The position numbers and the translations under genes are program-made. A DNA stretch of 63,446 bases, filler included. It is 5 parts of 5 records of this genome, joined end to end, with 100 filler letters (N's around TTAATTAATTAA, not from the genome) between each part and the next. Parts side by side here need not be neighbours in the genome. Positions count along the whole stretch, not along the records: positions 17,625 to 39,631 come from SRR20825019_2592; 4 more parts are not named here. One strand, given 5' to 3'. Positions 26,848 through 37,084 of this stretch are shown here, piece by piece; position 1 is the first letter of the stretch; every line of letters starts with the position of its first letter. The notes under the pieces were generated by a model. It made no database searches, was not told the origin of the DNA, and was given only the letters and a program-made list of their open reading frames with translations.

Positions 26848-29800
26848 ATGAAGAAAATTTCGATATTGCTAGGAGTCCTAGCACTTTCTGTTTCTTTCTC
26901 TTTCTCCCAGTGGACGTATGACTTTACGTACACGGCAGATGCCGGGAATCCTGGAGGAATTAATACGGAAGGTGACGCTCCAGGGCAAGGAACATGGACA
27001 ACAATTGTAACAGGACCGCAATCAGCGAACATTTGGTCTCCAGTTACGCCAATTCCATTCGCATTTAACTTTTTTGGCACACCTGTAACAGATTTTATGG
27101 CAAGTCAAAACGGTTTGGTGACATTTGATGTGGCGACTTTACTGTTACCAAACGCAAATGACCCACTACCCTCAGTGAACCTTCCGAACAATACTATTTG
27201 TGGTTTTTGGGATGAGTTTACATCTGCTCCTCCAACATCGTCGGGAGATGACATCAGAACGAATGTGTTTGGAACTGCTCCAAACCGACAGTTTTGGATT
27301 ACATGGTACTCATTCGAAATGGGGAATCCTGTAAATAGCTTCTCTTACTTCTCTGTTGTACTTGAGGAAAGCACGAATAACGTATATATCGTTGATAAGT
27401 ACTCTATATCAAGTACGCTTACATCTACAGTTGGAGTTCAATTGAATGCAACAACTGCGGTGGAAGCGGGAAGTAACATTGCACTATCGTCTAATGGTGC
27501 TGCTAACCCAGACAATGATTTTTATACGTTCTCACCACTTTTATTGGTAGCAGATGACGCTGGAGTAACATCTATGGTTAATCCAACAATTCCATTGGTT
27601 TCAGGACTTCAGAATGTTGATGTCGAGGTTCAAAACTTTGGAACAAATAACCTGAATACATTTACGGTGAACTGGGAAATTAATGGTGCTATACAAACAC
27701 CGTTTTCTTATACGACACCGCCTTTAGTGCCAGGTCAAACGTCTACTTCCTTGAGTCTTGGGTCGTACAACTTCCCAGTTGGGTTTACCGATTTAAAATT
27801 CTGGACAAGTGTACCAAACGGTTTAGCTGATGGTAATCCTTTGAACGATACTCTTGAAATTTCTGCATGTACAGCGCTCACCGGTGTATACACAATTGGT
27901 GGTGTTTCGCCAGATTTCGCGACAATTACTGAAGCGAACAACGCGCTTATTTCATGTGGTGTTTCTGGACCAGTAACGTTCAATATTGCTCCGGGAACTT
28001 ATAATGAGTTTGCTACACTACCAGTTATTAATGGATCAAGCGCAACGAACACAATCATGTTCAATGGTGGTTCAGCAAATACAACAGCAATCGTTGGTGA
28101 CGGAATTGGTCAAATGGCAACGATCGGATTCATAGGTGGAGATTACATCACCTTTAAGAATTTGACGATTCAAAACACAAACGCAATCGATGGTTGGGGT
28201 GTTCACCTTTCGGATACATCAGACTATAATATGATTGATAGTTGTATTATTCTAATGGACTCTGCGGCAACGCAAGACGTTATTGGAATCGTAATTTCAG
28301 GAAGTTCAACAGATGATTTTACAGAAGGAAATGGAGGGAATTACAACATTTTCTCTAATAACGTAATCACAGGTGGAGAAATGGGTGTTCACATGGAAGG
28401 AATGAATAACCTAACAGGTCCTTGGATTGTAGGAAACCAATTTATCAATAATGACATTTCTGGAATGGACGATTATGGAATCTACATGGATAATGTTGAT
28501 TCGATTACCATAATTGGAAACAAAATCTATGGGAATAGAAATGTACAAGGAGATGGAATTTATTGTTTCGATATCGCAAACTTTAACTTCTCAGAAAATG
28601 AAGTTTATGCTCCAGATTATGGAATCTATATTTCTGATGGAAACTTTGATTTTCCAGTGACAACTCAATCGAGCCTTGTGAATAACATGGTTAAGAGTGA
28701 TACGGATTATGCGATTTATTTCGATGATGTTGATAGAATCAATGTATTCCACAACACAGCTTATGGAAACCCTGGAATCTACATGAATGATTTCACAAAC
28801 ATGGATATCAGAAATAACATTTTTAGAAGCGATTCTGATTTTGCTTTTGAAACACTTGATGATATTGGTGTAACGGATGTTCTTAACTATAATTTATACT
28901 GGACTCCAACTTCGAGTGCAAACTTTGTAGATATCGGAGTTAACGTATATGCCGATTTAATCGCATGGCAAACTGGAGCTCCAGCAAACAATGTGAACTC
29001 GGTTGAACAAGAGCCATTGTTCGTTTCTTCTAACGATTTACACCGAATAGGACCATCAGGAAATGATTTAGGTGATTTGTCTGTAGGTGTTTTAGTAGAT
29101 ATCGATGGAGAATCTCGTCCAATGTTCCCAGCTATTAACCCAGACATGGGAGCTGATGAATACCTTCCTCTTGGAAATGATGCTACAATGTTGGCAATTT
29201 TGCCTACGGCATGGTCATGTGGAGATAGCGCTTCAGCAGTATATGCTGTTGTTTCTAACTTAGGTTCAAACCCAATCGTTTCTCTTCCTATTCAAGTGAA
29301 CGTAACGGGTGATGTTACGGCAACTTTGACAACTACTTATACCTCTACAATTCCTTTCGGACAAATAGATACAGTGTATGTGGGAACAATTAATTCGTAT
29401 GTTGGAGGAAACGTGAGTTTTAACGGTTGGACAGCTTTGGCAACAGAGCAAGATTATTCCAACGATACAATGACGGGTTCTGCAAGTTATATACCTTTTG
29501 AGCCAGTTGGAATAGATGGTTTTGGTTGTGGTGTTGACTCGGCATTAATATTTGCGTCGAATGATTACCCTGCGACGTATGCGTGGTATGATGCTCTAGT
29601 TGGTGGAAACCTTGTTGGTTCAGGAAATTCTTACATGATTCCTTCAATTATTGCTCAAGACACTTATTATTTGGAGTACTCAGCTACAATTGATAGCTTG
29701 GAAACGACTTATGCTTCAGGAAATGGGTGTTCTGGTGGAGCCATGTTTGATGTTATTTCAAATTCAGGTTCTATTATTACTGGATTTAGAATCAACGGTT

Positions 29801-31101
29801 CTTCAAGTGCAGGAACAATGGTTCCAGTGAATGTGTATTATTTGGTTGGAAGTTATTTAGGAAATGAAACCAATTCAGGAGCATGGACAGCAGCAGGTTC
29901 ATATACCGTTTTGTCTAATGGATTGAGCACACCTTCTGAATACTTCGCATTGAACAGCCCGATTGCACTTCCTTCTGGAACTACAATCGCTGTTTATTTG
30001 GAATATGATGCTGATTATACAAATGGCACAACTTCATTCACAAATGGAAACATTACAATAAATGCTGGAGCAGGATTGTGTGGTGCATTTAGTGGTGTAA
30101 ACGCCGGACGAATGTTCAATGGTACTTTGTACTTTGGTGGGTCTGCGTGTTCTTCAGTTAGAACGCCAGTTTCTGCTCAACAAGTAGCGCCAATTGCAAC
30201 GGACCTAGGATTAGATTCAACAGTTTGTGGACCAAGCATCACCTTGAATGCAGGAAACCCAACAGCATCGTTCATCTGGTCTAATGGAACAATGACACAA
30301 ACAAACGTGATTGACACGGCTGGAACTTACTGGGTAGAAGTAACAGATACTAACGGATGTATGGCAATGGATACAATTAACTTGGTGATTAGCCCGTTAA
30401 ATGTAACGCTTCCTGCAACAGAGTTGATTTGTGTTGGAGATTCAATTACGCTTTCTCCAGTGGTAACAGAATACTATGGATATACGTTTGCTTGGGTGAA
30501 CGGAAACCCAACGTTGAATGCTACAGTGAACACAACGGGAATTTATACAATAACCGTTTCTGATACTCTCGGATGTATTAGTGTTGCAAGTACAGATTTG
30601 ACAGTTCAAGCGCCTCCAGTGGCAGGCTATACGGATGTGTTGGATGCGACGGGTGTAATTTTAGACTTGACATCTACAGCGACCGATTCGGATTCTACGG
30701 CGTATGATTTCGGTGATGGTTCTGCGGTAGTATCAAGTACAAATGCAACGCACACATATACAGTGAACGGAACATATACTGTTTGTCAATATGTCTACAA
30801 CAGTTGTGGTGCCGATACAACGTGCACGACGGTTACGATCAATTCTGTAGGATTGGATGAGTTGAGTGTAAATGCAATTCAATTGTTCCCGAACCCAGCA
30901 AATGAAGTCATCAATGTTTCATTCTCTGGAGTGGTAGTAGATGAGTTATCCGTTCTTACTTCAGATAGTAAGGTGGTTGGAACATACGAAGTCACAGGAA
31001 ATACACTCACGATCGATGTAAATGCATTGCCAAGCGGAATCTACTTTGTGAAAGTAGCCGTTGAAGGTGGAAGCGTTGTTAAACGATTCGTGAAGGATTA
31101 A
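26848..31101 (+). CDS. Large T9SS type-A cargo protein with CARDB/Ig-like, parallel beta-helix and PKD-like domains
   Basis: Signal peptide MKKISILL...SFSQ; repeated (Y/D)GIY beta-helix rungs; DIDGE.R...PDMGADE; PKD-like YDFGDG..THTY; CTD LFPNPANEVI...LPSGIYFVKV..KRFVK. Confidence 0.85.
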   Translation: MKKISILLGVLALSVSFSFSQWTYDFTYTADAGNPGGINTEGDAPGQGTWTTIVTGPQSANIWSPVTPIPFAFNFFGTPVTDFMASQNGLVTFDVATLLLPNANDPLPSVNLPNNTICGFWDEFTSAPPTSSGDDIRTNVFGTAPNRQFWITWYSFEMGNPVNSFSYFSVVLEESTNNVYIVDKYSISSTLTSTVGVQLNATTAVEAGSNIALSSNGAANPDNDFYTFSPLLLVADDAGVTSMVNPTIPLVSGLQNVDVEVQNFGTNNLNTFTVNWEINGAIQTPFSYTTPPLVPGQTSTSLSLGSYNFPVGFTDLKFWTSVPNGLADGNPLNDTLEISACTALTGVYTIGGVSPDFATITEANNALISCGVSGPVTFNIAPGTYNEFATLPVINGSSATNTIMFNGGSANTTAIVGDGIGQMATIGFIGGDYITFKNLTIQNTNAIDGWGVHLSDTSDYNMIDSCIILMDSAATQDVIGIVISGSSTDDFTEGNGGNYNIFSNNVITGGEMGVHMEGMNNLTGPWIVGNQFINNDISGMDDYGIYMDNVDSITIIGNKIYGNRNVQGDGIYCFDIANFNFSENEVYAPDYGIYISDGNFDFPVTTQSSLVNNMVKSDTDYAIYFDDVDRINVFHNTAYGNPGIYMNDFTNMDIRNNIFRSDSDFAFETLDDIGVTDVLNYNLYWTPTSSANFVDIGVNVYADLIAWQTGAPANNVNSVEQEPLFVSSNDLHRIGPSGNDLGDLSVGVLVDIDGESRPMFPAINPDMGADEYLPLGNDATMLAILPTAWSCGDSASAVYAVVSNLGSNPIVSLPIQVNVTGDVTATLTTTYTSTIPFGQIDTVYVGTINSYVGGNVSFNGWTALATEQDYSNDTMTGSASYIPFEPVGIDGFGCGVDSALIFASNDYPATYAWYDALVGGNLVGSGNSYMIPSIIAQDTYYLEYSATIDSLETTYASGNGCSGGAMFDVISNSGSIITGFRINGSSSAGTMVPVNVYYLVGSYLGNETNSGAWTAAGSYTVLSNGLSTPSEYFALNSPIALPSGTTIAVYLEYDADYTNGTTSFTNGNITINAGAGLCGAFSGVNAGRMFNGTLYFGGSACSSVRTPVSAQQVAPIATDLGLDSTVCGPSITLNAGNPTASFIWSNGTMTQTNVIDTAGTYWVEVTDTNGCMAMDTINLVISPLNVTLPATELICVGDSITLSPVVTEYYGYTFAWVNGNPTLNATVNTTGIYTITVSDTLGCISVASTDLTVQAPPVAGYTDVLDATGVILDLTSTATDSDSTAYDFGDGSAVVSSTNATHTYTVNGTYTVCQYVYNSCGADTTCTTVTINSVGLDELSVNAIQLFPNPANEVINVSFSGVVVDELSVLTSDSKVVGTYEVTGNTLTIDVNALPSGIYFVKVAVEGGSVVKRFVKD

Positions 31102-31119
31102 GATTAACTAGTATAATGA

Positions 31120-31150
31120 AAGAGCCCGATGGATTTTCCATCGGGCTCTT
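31120..31150. terminator. Intrinsic terminator between convergent genes
   Basis: Perfect 14-bp stem AAGAGCCCGATGGA-TTT-TCCATCGGGCTCTT. Confidence 0.85.
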
Positions 31151-31184
31151 ATCGTTTTATAAAAAAGGGAAAAGACTATTTCGA

Positions 31185-32861
31185 TTACTTCCCGCGCAGA
31201 ATTCCCAACAAACCCCTGGTTAAATCTCCAATCCATCCGCCACCTCTGGAGCTAGTTGCCCCCTTCGTTACGTTAGTGGTTACATTTTTCCAAAGTTGCT
31301 CTCTTTCTCTTTCTGCCTTTTTTTGTTCGCGTTCTTGTTCTTTTCGCAAGCGCTCCAATTCGCGTAGTTCGTTTTTTTCTCTAAGTTCTTCTTCACGTTG
31401 AAGCTTTTTCAACTCAGCCTCGCGTGCCTTAGATTCCTTTTCTCGAATCAGTTCAGCAGCTTTCTCATTTTCCGCTTGGGTTTCCGCAATTCTGTCTTCT
31501 GTTTGCGAGCGCTCAATCTTTCCAGTTAGAATCTCATACGCACTATCGCGATCAATTTCTTCATTGTATTTTGAGGTTAAATCGGATTTTGACACCAATA
31601 ATTCAACTTCGTTAGGCTCCAAAATATCCATACGGGTTAGTGGAGCACGACAAATTGTTGCGACAAGTGGAGTTGGAATTCCTTTTTCGTTGAGCGCAGT
31701 AACCAACGCTTCTCCAATTCCCAAAGAAGTGATAATGTCTTCAGTATTATAGAATTCAGAAATCGGATAGTTTTCGGAAGCTTTTTTGATTGCTTTTCGA
31801 TCTTTTTCTGTGAAAGCACGTAACGCGTGTTGAACTTTTAAACCCAATTGCGCTAGAATGTCGTCGGGAACATCGTCTGGATTCTGCGTGCAGAAATAAA
31901 TTCCTACGGCTTTTGATCGAATCAACTTGATAATCACTTCCAATTGATCTAAAAGTGCGCTAGAAGCCTCTTCAAACACAAGATGAGCCTCGTCAATGAA
32001 AATGCACAACTTAGGTTTATCGGAATCGCCTTCTTCAGGGAAAGTATTATAGATTTCAGCCAACAAACTAAGCATGAATGTAGAAAACAGTTTCGGTTTA
32101 CTTTGGATATCCATTAATCGAACAATAGAAATCATTCCGTTTCCATTGGCATCTCGTCTCAGTAAATCTTGGGGATCGAATGAACGCTCTCCAAAGAAGG
32201 TTTCTGCTCCTTGTTGCTCTAATTCAATCACTTTTCGCATGATCGTATTTACTGTTGTAGAAGCAACGGAGCCGTATTCTTGTTCTATTTCTTTTTTTCC
32301 TTCATTAATGACAAACTGGAGCACTTTTCGTAAATCCTTGAGGTCAATTAGCGGAAGTTTTTTCTTGTCGCAAAACACGAAAATCAACGAAATAACGCTC
32401 GATTGAGTATCATTTAAACCAAGAATTTTGGAAAGCAAAACGGGACCAAATTCGGAAATCGTTGCTTTGAGCCGTGTCCCATCTCCGTTAGACATGGTCA
32501 TGAGTTCTACGGGCATTGCCATCGGTTCATAAGGAAGTCCAATTCCAGTGTGTCGTTTATCGATAAAATCGTTCGTTGCACCAGGCGCTGCCAATCCGCT
32601 CAAATCACCCTTGATATCCATCAAAAGAGACGGAATTCCTTTCAACGACAATTGTTCAGCAATTACCTGAAGTGTTTTCGTTTTTCCTGTTCCCGTTGCC
32701 CCTGCAATAAGTCCATGACGGTTCAAGGTTTTAAGCGGAATTTTGACGTGGGTATCGGAAATGGCTTGTCCATCTAAATTTCCTCCACCAATGGTAATAG
32801 AATCTCCCTTGAACGTATAACCTTGCTGAATAGCCTCTTGAAATTTTTGAGTTTGCGACAT
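31185..32861 (-). CDS. DUF853/YjgR-like HerA-FtsK superfamily ATPase
   Basis: NRHGLIAGATGTGKT, Walker B FIDEAHL, IRSKAVGIYFCTQNP and QHALRAFT; charged coiled-coil tail. Confidence 0.9.
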   Translation of the reverse strand: MSQTQKFQEAIQQGYTFKGDSITIGGGNLDGQAISDTHVKIPLKTLNRHGLIAGATGTGKTKTLQVIAEQLSLKGIPSLLMDIKGDLSGLAAPGATNDFIDKRHTGIGLPYEPMAMPVELMTMSNGDGTRLKATISEFGPVLLSKILGLNDTQSSVISLIFVFCDKKKLPLIDLKDLRKVLQFVINEGKKEIEQEYGSVASTTVNTIMRKVIELEQQGAETFFGERSFDPQDLLRRDANGNGMISIVRLMDIQSKPKLFSTFMLSLLAEIYNTFPEEGDSDKPKLCIFIDEAHLVFEEASSALLDQLEVIIKLIRSKAVGIYFCTQNPDDVPDDILAQLGLKVQHALRAFTEKDRKAIKKASENYPISEFYNTEDIITSLGIGEALVTALNEKGIPTPLVATICRAPLTRMDILEPNEVELLVSKSDLTSKYNEEIDRDSAYEILTGKIERSQTEDRIAETQAENEKAAELIREKESKAREAELKKLQREEELREKNELRELERLRKEQEREQKKAEREREQLWKNVTTNVTKGATSSRGGGWIGDLTRGLLGILRGK

Positions 32862-32873
32862 GATTTTTTACTA

Positions 32874-32909
32874 AAAAAAAGAGGAATCCTTTTTCTCGGG
32901 CTCCTCTTT
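32874..32909 (-). terminator. Candidate terminator for the 158-aa gene
   Basis: AAAGAGGA...TCCTCTTT stem preceded by an A-run on the + strand (U-tract on the - strand). Confidence 0.5.
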
Positions 32910-32959
32910 GTTAAATGAATAAGTTTGAACTAGCGTCCCAATTTTTGTTGAGTAATCCT

Positions 32960-33436
32960 TTATTTTCCGAAGAATGAGTTGAACAATCCTCCAATTCCTC
33001 CAGATGATTTTTTCCCGTTTCCTTCTTTTTTTCCTGTGCTGTCATCACCATCGAACATATCGGTAATGCTTGCAAAAATTCCAGACATACTCCCTTCGTC
33101 GTTTTTACCGTCTTGAGATAGTTTACTCGTTACTTGGCTTAAAATCCCTGGAATTGCTCCTTTCGCTTGGCTCGCTGCTGATTCAGGAATCCCTACTTTC
33201 TTCACCAATCGGTCAATAAAGTCGTCTTCTACTTCCTGCGCCATTTTATTATCGTCATCGGTGTTTTCGTTCTCAGAAAGCAAACTCGACATTTGTTTTG
33301 GGTTGTTGTTGAATTTGGTTTTAATCGCACTCAACGCCTGATTGGCCACGGATGCAGCTTGCTCATCGGAAACGCCAAATTTCTTTAGTAATCCCTGAAC
33401 GGTGTCATTTTTTAATAGATCTTGTACGTCAATCAT
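32960..33436 (-). CDS. Hypothetical helical protein (DUF937-like)
   Basis: 158-aa ORF with a clean start and amphipathic helices ending GGIGGLFNSFFGK; family guess is weak. Confidence 0.6.
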   Translation of the reverse strand: MIDVQDLLKNDTVQGLLKKFGVSDEQAASVANQALSAIKTKFNNNPKQMSSLLSENENTDDDNKMAQEVEDDFIDRLVKKVGIPESAASQAKGAIPGILSQVTSKLSQDGKNDEGSMSGIFASITDMFDGDDSTGKKEGNGKKSSGGIGGLFNSFFGK

Positions 33437-33477
33437 AATTTTGTTTGTTGATTCCCAAGATACAAATAAGAAATCAT

Positions 33478-34530
33478 TTACTTAAAATCCCAGTTGTACG
33501 TGTTAATGTCTTGCATGCATGCCGTTAATAAATCAATGCTTCCTTGAATATCGTCCTTGTGCGCCATTTCGATGACTTGGTGCAAGTGACGTGTAGGAAT
33601 AGAAACCGCTCCAGCAATGGATCCGCCTTCTGTCATTCGTTGAATTCCTGCGGTATCCGTCCCTCCAGCCGTAAGAATTTCGGGCTGCCATTTGATATTG
33701 TGCTTATCTGCCGTTTGCTTCATAAATGCGACCATTCTATAATCACAAATAGTTGAAGCATCCATAATTTTTATCGCTGTTCCTTCTCCTAACTTCGTGA
33801 TTTGTTCGTGAGCTGCAGCTCCAGGCAAATCGAAGGCAATTGTTGTGTCTAACCCAAACCCAAAATCTGGATTCACGCGCATCGCGGAAACATTTGCTCC
33901 ACGAATTCCGACCTCTTCTTGCACGGTGAATACACCATAAATATCATAAGGAACTTCTTTTCCTTTCAGGTTTCGCAACGTTTCGAGCAAAATAAATACG
34001 GCCAAGCGATTATCGAGCGATTTGCCATTTACGCATTGTCCCATTTCTATAAACTCACGTTCACGCGTAATAGGATCGCCAATTGTTACCAACTCTTTTA
34101 CCTCTTCGGCAGTCATTCCCGTATCGATGAAATAATCCGAAAGCTTCGCCACCTTATTGCGCTCATCGGCTGTCATAACGTGAATCGGCTTTGATGCCAT
34201 AACGCCAATTACATCCTTTTTTCCATGAATGATTACCCGCTGAGCTGTCAACGTTTTTGGATCAAACCCACCTAAGGTGTGAAATCGGATAAATCCCTTG
34301 TCGTCAATGTGAGTCACCATGAAACCAATTTCGTCCATGTGTGCACCAATCATTACCTTTTTTGATTCTTTTCCTCGTCTGATGGCATAAACATTGCCCA
34401 TATTGTCCACTTCCACTTCATCTACCAAGTCTTTCACTTCATTGATAACCAATTCTCGAACTTTTTGTTCAAAGCCTGGAGCACCTGGAGTTGTGCATAT
34501 TTTGGAGAGTAATTCTGTATTAATTGCCAT
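33478..34530 (-). CDS. M42 family metallopeptidase
   Basis: GAPGFE, AHMDEIGF, KSLDNR, QEEVGIRGA, GGTD and SIPTRHLH motifs. Confidence 0.93.
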   Translation of the reverse strand: MAINTELLSKICTTPGAPGFEQKVRELVINEVKDLVDEVEVDNMGNVYAIRRGKESKKVMIGAHMDEIGFMVTHIDDKGFIRFHTLGGFDPKTLTAQRVIIHGKKDVIGVMASKPIHVMTADERNKVAKLSDYFIDTGMTAEEVKELVTIGDPITREREFIEMGQCVNGKSLDNRLAVFILLETLRNLKGKEVPYDIYGVFTVQEEVGIRGANVSAMRVNPDFGFGLDTTIAFDLPGAAAHEQITKLGEGTAIKIMDASTICDYRMVAFMKQTADKHNIKWQPEILTAGGTDTAGIQRMTEGGSIAGAVSIPTRHLHQVIEMAHKDDIQGSIDLLTACMQDINTYNWDFK

Positions 34531-34611
34531 TGTTTTCGTTTTGAGAAATTAAAAATAAGAATTCAATTAGGATTCTTGAGTGCTAAGCCAATGATTCGGT
34601 AACTTTGTAGA

Positions 34612-35277
34612 ATGGCACGTTTTATATTTATCGTTATCTTCTTAATTGTTGGAATTGGACTCACGTATTATTTTCTTCAACCCAAAGAAGAAAAACTACC
34701 GGTGATTAACCCCATTGATCTTGAGGGCGAAATGGTAGAAAAGGATCTGTTGAGAGTAGGTTATGGACACACAATCGGCGATTTCTCATTTTTGGACCAG
34801 AACGGAGAAGCGTTTACGCGAAAGGATGTTAAGGGAAAAGTGTTTGTAGCGGAGTATTTCTTTACTACATGCGGAACGATTTGCCCGAAAATGAATGAAC
34901 AAATGCAACGTGTTCAGAAAGTATTCAGCGGAAATGAAAGTGTGGAGATTTTAAGTTTTACGGTGAATCCAGAGATTGACACCGTGGAGCAGATGAAGCA
35001 ATATGCGGATGGACATGGAGCGAATGCCGAACAATGGCACTTTCTCACAGGAAAGAAAGAAGAGTTGTATCGATTGGCGCGTAGATCATTTTTCGTGCTG
35101 AAACCAGCAGAAGCTCAAAATTTGGGCGATGCTGGAAGCGATTTTATCCACACCAATAATTTTGTGTTGGTCGATAAAAAAGGAAGAATCCGTGGATATT
35201 ATGACGGAACTTCAGAGAAAGAAGTGGGAACACTTTTAGAAGATATTCAACGATTACTAGACGAAAAAACGAATTAG
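34612..35277 (+). CDS. SCO1/SenC family copper chaperone
   Basis: FFTTCGTICP (CxxxC), WHFLTG, FIHT and GRIRGYY; N-terminal TM; TAACTTTG promoter motif at 34600-34607. Confidence 0.93.
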   Translation: MARFIFIVIFLIVGIGLTYYFLQPKEEKLPVINPIDLEGEMVEKDLLRVGYGHTIGDFSFLDQNGEAFTRKDVKGKVFVAEYFFTTCGTICPKMNEQMQRVQKVFSGNESVEILSFTVNPEIDTVEQMKQYADGHGANAEQWHFLTGKKEELYRLARRSFFVLKPAEAQNLGDAGSDFIHTNNFVLVDKKGRIRGYYDGTSEKEVGTLLEDIQRLLDEKTN

Positions 35278-36875
35278 TTTTCTCCCTTTTTTAAATCAAA
35301 AATAGTCACAGTGCCATAAGAGCCTATTGAATCAGTCATGAAGGGTTGAAGCGCAGGATCGTCTAATAATTCCTTTCGGTTGATGATTAAATAACGATCT
35401 CCCCATTCTATGCATTTTCGGATTCGTCCCGCTCGATCTAGTCCTTGTGTTTCAGGGGTCATTTCGTACCAAAAGTCTGTATGTCCTTTTCTGTTCATCA
35501 AAAACAAGGAAATATTGATACTTTGATCTGGAAGAGAAATTACACGATCATTTTTATCAATTCCAATCGATTCCAAATAAGGTTCAATTGTTTCTAACGA
35601 AGTAAACGTATTTCCATAATCCCAATGATACCATTGCCAATACTCTTTTTGGAATTTGGTCAATAACGGCGAGTTCTGCACAATTGGGTTTTGCGATCCG
35701 TATTTCAAACGGGTCATAACCATGGCGTTATACCCTAAAACTAAAAGCAACACCATTGCACTTAATTTCATCCATTTTGAATCAAACAACTTTCGGGAAT
35801 TGTTCTTCAAGGTGTGGAGAAAAGTCATTGCCGAAACGGGGATCAGAATCAGGAGGTTCGTTAAATAATACTCGTGAACATTGAATACTTGGAAGAATAG
35901 AAGCATGTACGCAACTATCCCCAAAATAATGAGAATAAGCACTGCACGAAAAACCTTATTTACATGTTTGAACTTCCAGAAAATGTAGATTAAGAAAGTC
36001 GCAAGTACTACTAGTCCAATTGGGTGAAACCAATCTGGGACTAATTCAGTTGTTAAACGTCCCCAGTGTGAAACGATTTCTTTCCACTCCATGTCCCAAA
36101 TAGGCAAAAGACCTTGTAAAAACACTCCAGACATGTGTTCCTCGTTGTAATGGCCAGCATAACGATACCACACGGCCACAATAACCAGAGTTCCAACAAA
36201 CGGGATGAATTCTTTCCAACGAGATGAGAACGATTTCTTTCGAATCACGTCGTACAGGAAGATCGCTCCAATTGCAAAAAAGAGCAAAAGGGAGGTGATT
36301 TTAAGTAAAGCGGCAAGAGCAAAAATCAAGCAAGCGTAAATGAGTCTTCGGTAGGTCTTTTCTTGATAAAAAACATGATAATGATAACCAGCAATCAACG
36401 CAAGTGCGAACGCCAAAGGATTCATTAGGAAATTGTTGGAGTAATAAACGAGCACTGGAGAAGTGAAAAGCAGAAGGGGAATAAACATCGCCCAAAATGG
36501 ATCATCCAGAATCCGATCTCCCAGCTTTTTCAAATAAAGTAATCCAAGAACAATGATTAAAAAGGCAAGCCCGCGATATACCCAGAAATGCTTCCCTGTA
36601 ATTTTCCAAATGTTTCCAACGGAGTAATACACAATCGGAAATTCACTGATCGTGCTACCGTCCTCATTTTCACCCAACCAGTGAATTTTTGGTTCTAAAA
36701 AAGGAAGATTTTCTTGATAATAATTTTGGGTAATCGTTAAACAATCTGCCTGTCTCCACTGATGCCGAGAAGATGGTCCTTGATCCATGGTTTTAAAAAG
36801 TCCATAGACAAAAGCCATTCCTAGAAGAGCAAATAGGAAAATCAGGTTTGTTTTAAACTGTAGAGATCGAAACAT
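35274..36875 (-). CDS. ArnT/PMT-like (GT-C fold) membrane glycosyltransferase
   Basis: HQWRQAD..ITQNYY, EFPIVYY, many TM helices, ALLK and HEYY; ATG overlaps the xseB stop. Confidence 0.7.
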   Translation of the reverse strand: MFRSLQFKTNLIFLFALLGMAFVYGLFKTMDQGPSSRHQWRQADCLTITQNYYQENLPFLEPKIHWLGENEDGSTISEFPIVYYSVGNIWKITGKHFWVYRGLAFLIIVLGLLYLKKLGDRILDDPFWAMFIPLLLFTSPVLVYYSNNFLMNPLAFALALIAGYHYHVFYQEKTYRRLIYACLIFALAALLKITSLLLFFAIGAIFLYDVIRKKSFSSRWKEFIPFVGTLVIVAVWYRYAGHYNEEHMSGVFLQGLLPIWDMEWKEIVSHWGRLTTELVPDWFHPIGLVVLATFLIYIFWKFKHVNKVFRAVLILIILGIVAYMLLFFQVFNVHEYYLTNLLILIPVSAMTFLHTLKNNSRKLFDSKWMKLSAMVLLLVLGYNAMVMTRLKYGSQNPIVQNSPLLTKFQKEYWQWYHWDYGNTFTSLETIEPYLESIGIDKNDRVISLPDQSINISLFLMNRKGHTDFWYEMTPETQGLDRAGRIRKCIEWGDRYLIINRKELLDDPALQPFMTDSIGSYGTVTIFDLKKGEN

Positions 36876-37084
36876 TACTTCTGTTCTTGATTTTCGAGTT
36901 TCTTAAGAATCTGCTGCACGTCTTCTTCTGTAGAAGTAAGTTTAGATTGGCAAAATTGAATCAACTCTGAAGCGCGTTTTACTTTCACACTAAGCTCATC
37001 GACGGAAATTTCACCATCTTCAATATCCGCTACAATTTGTTGTAACTCGTCAAATGCTTCAGTGTAGGTATGATCTTTACTCAT
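36875..37084 (-). CDS. xseB: Exodeoxyribonuclease VII small subunit
   Basis: TYTEAFDELQQIVADIEDGEISVDELS...C..KL...E pattern. Confidence 0.93.
   Translation of the reverse strand: MSKDHTYTEAFDELQQIVADIEDGEISVDELSVKVKRASELIQFCQSKLTSTEEDVQQILKKLENQEQK

Noticed and set aside
31185-32861. HerA-like ATPase as an anti-phage (Sir2-HerA or NurA-HerA) system
   Set aside because: The motifs fit the widespread DUF853/YjgR family, there is no adjacent effector or nuclease partner, and the context is housekeeping.
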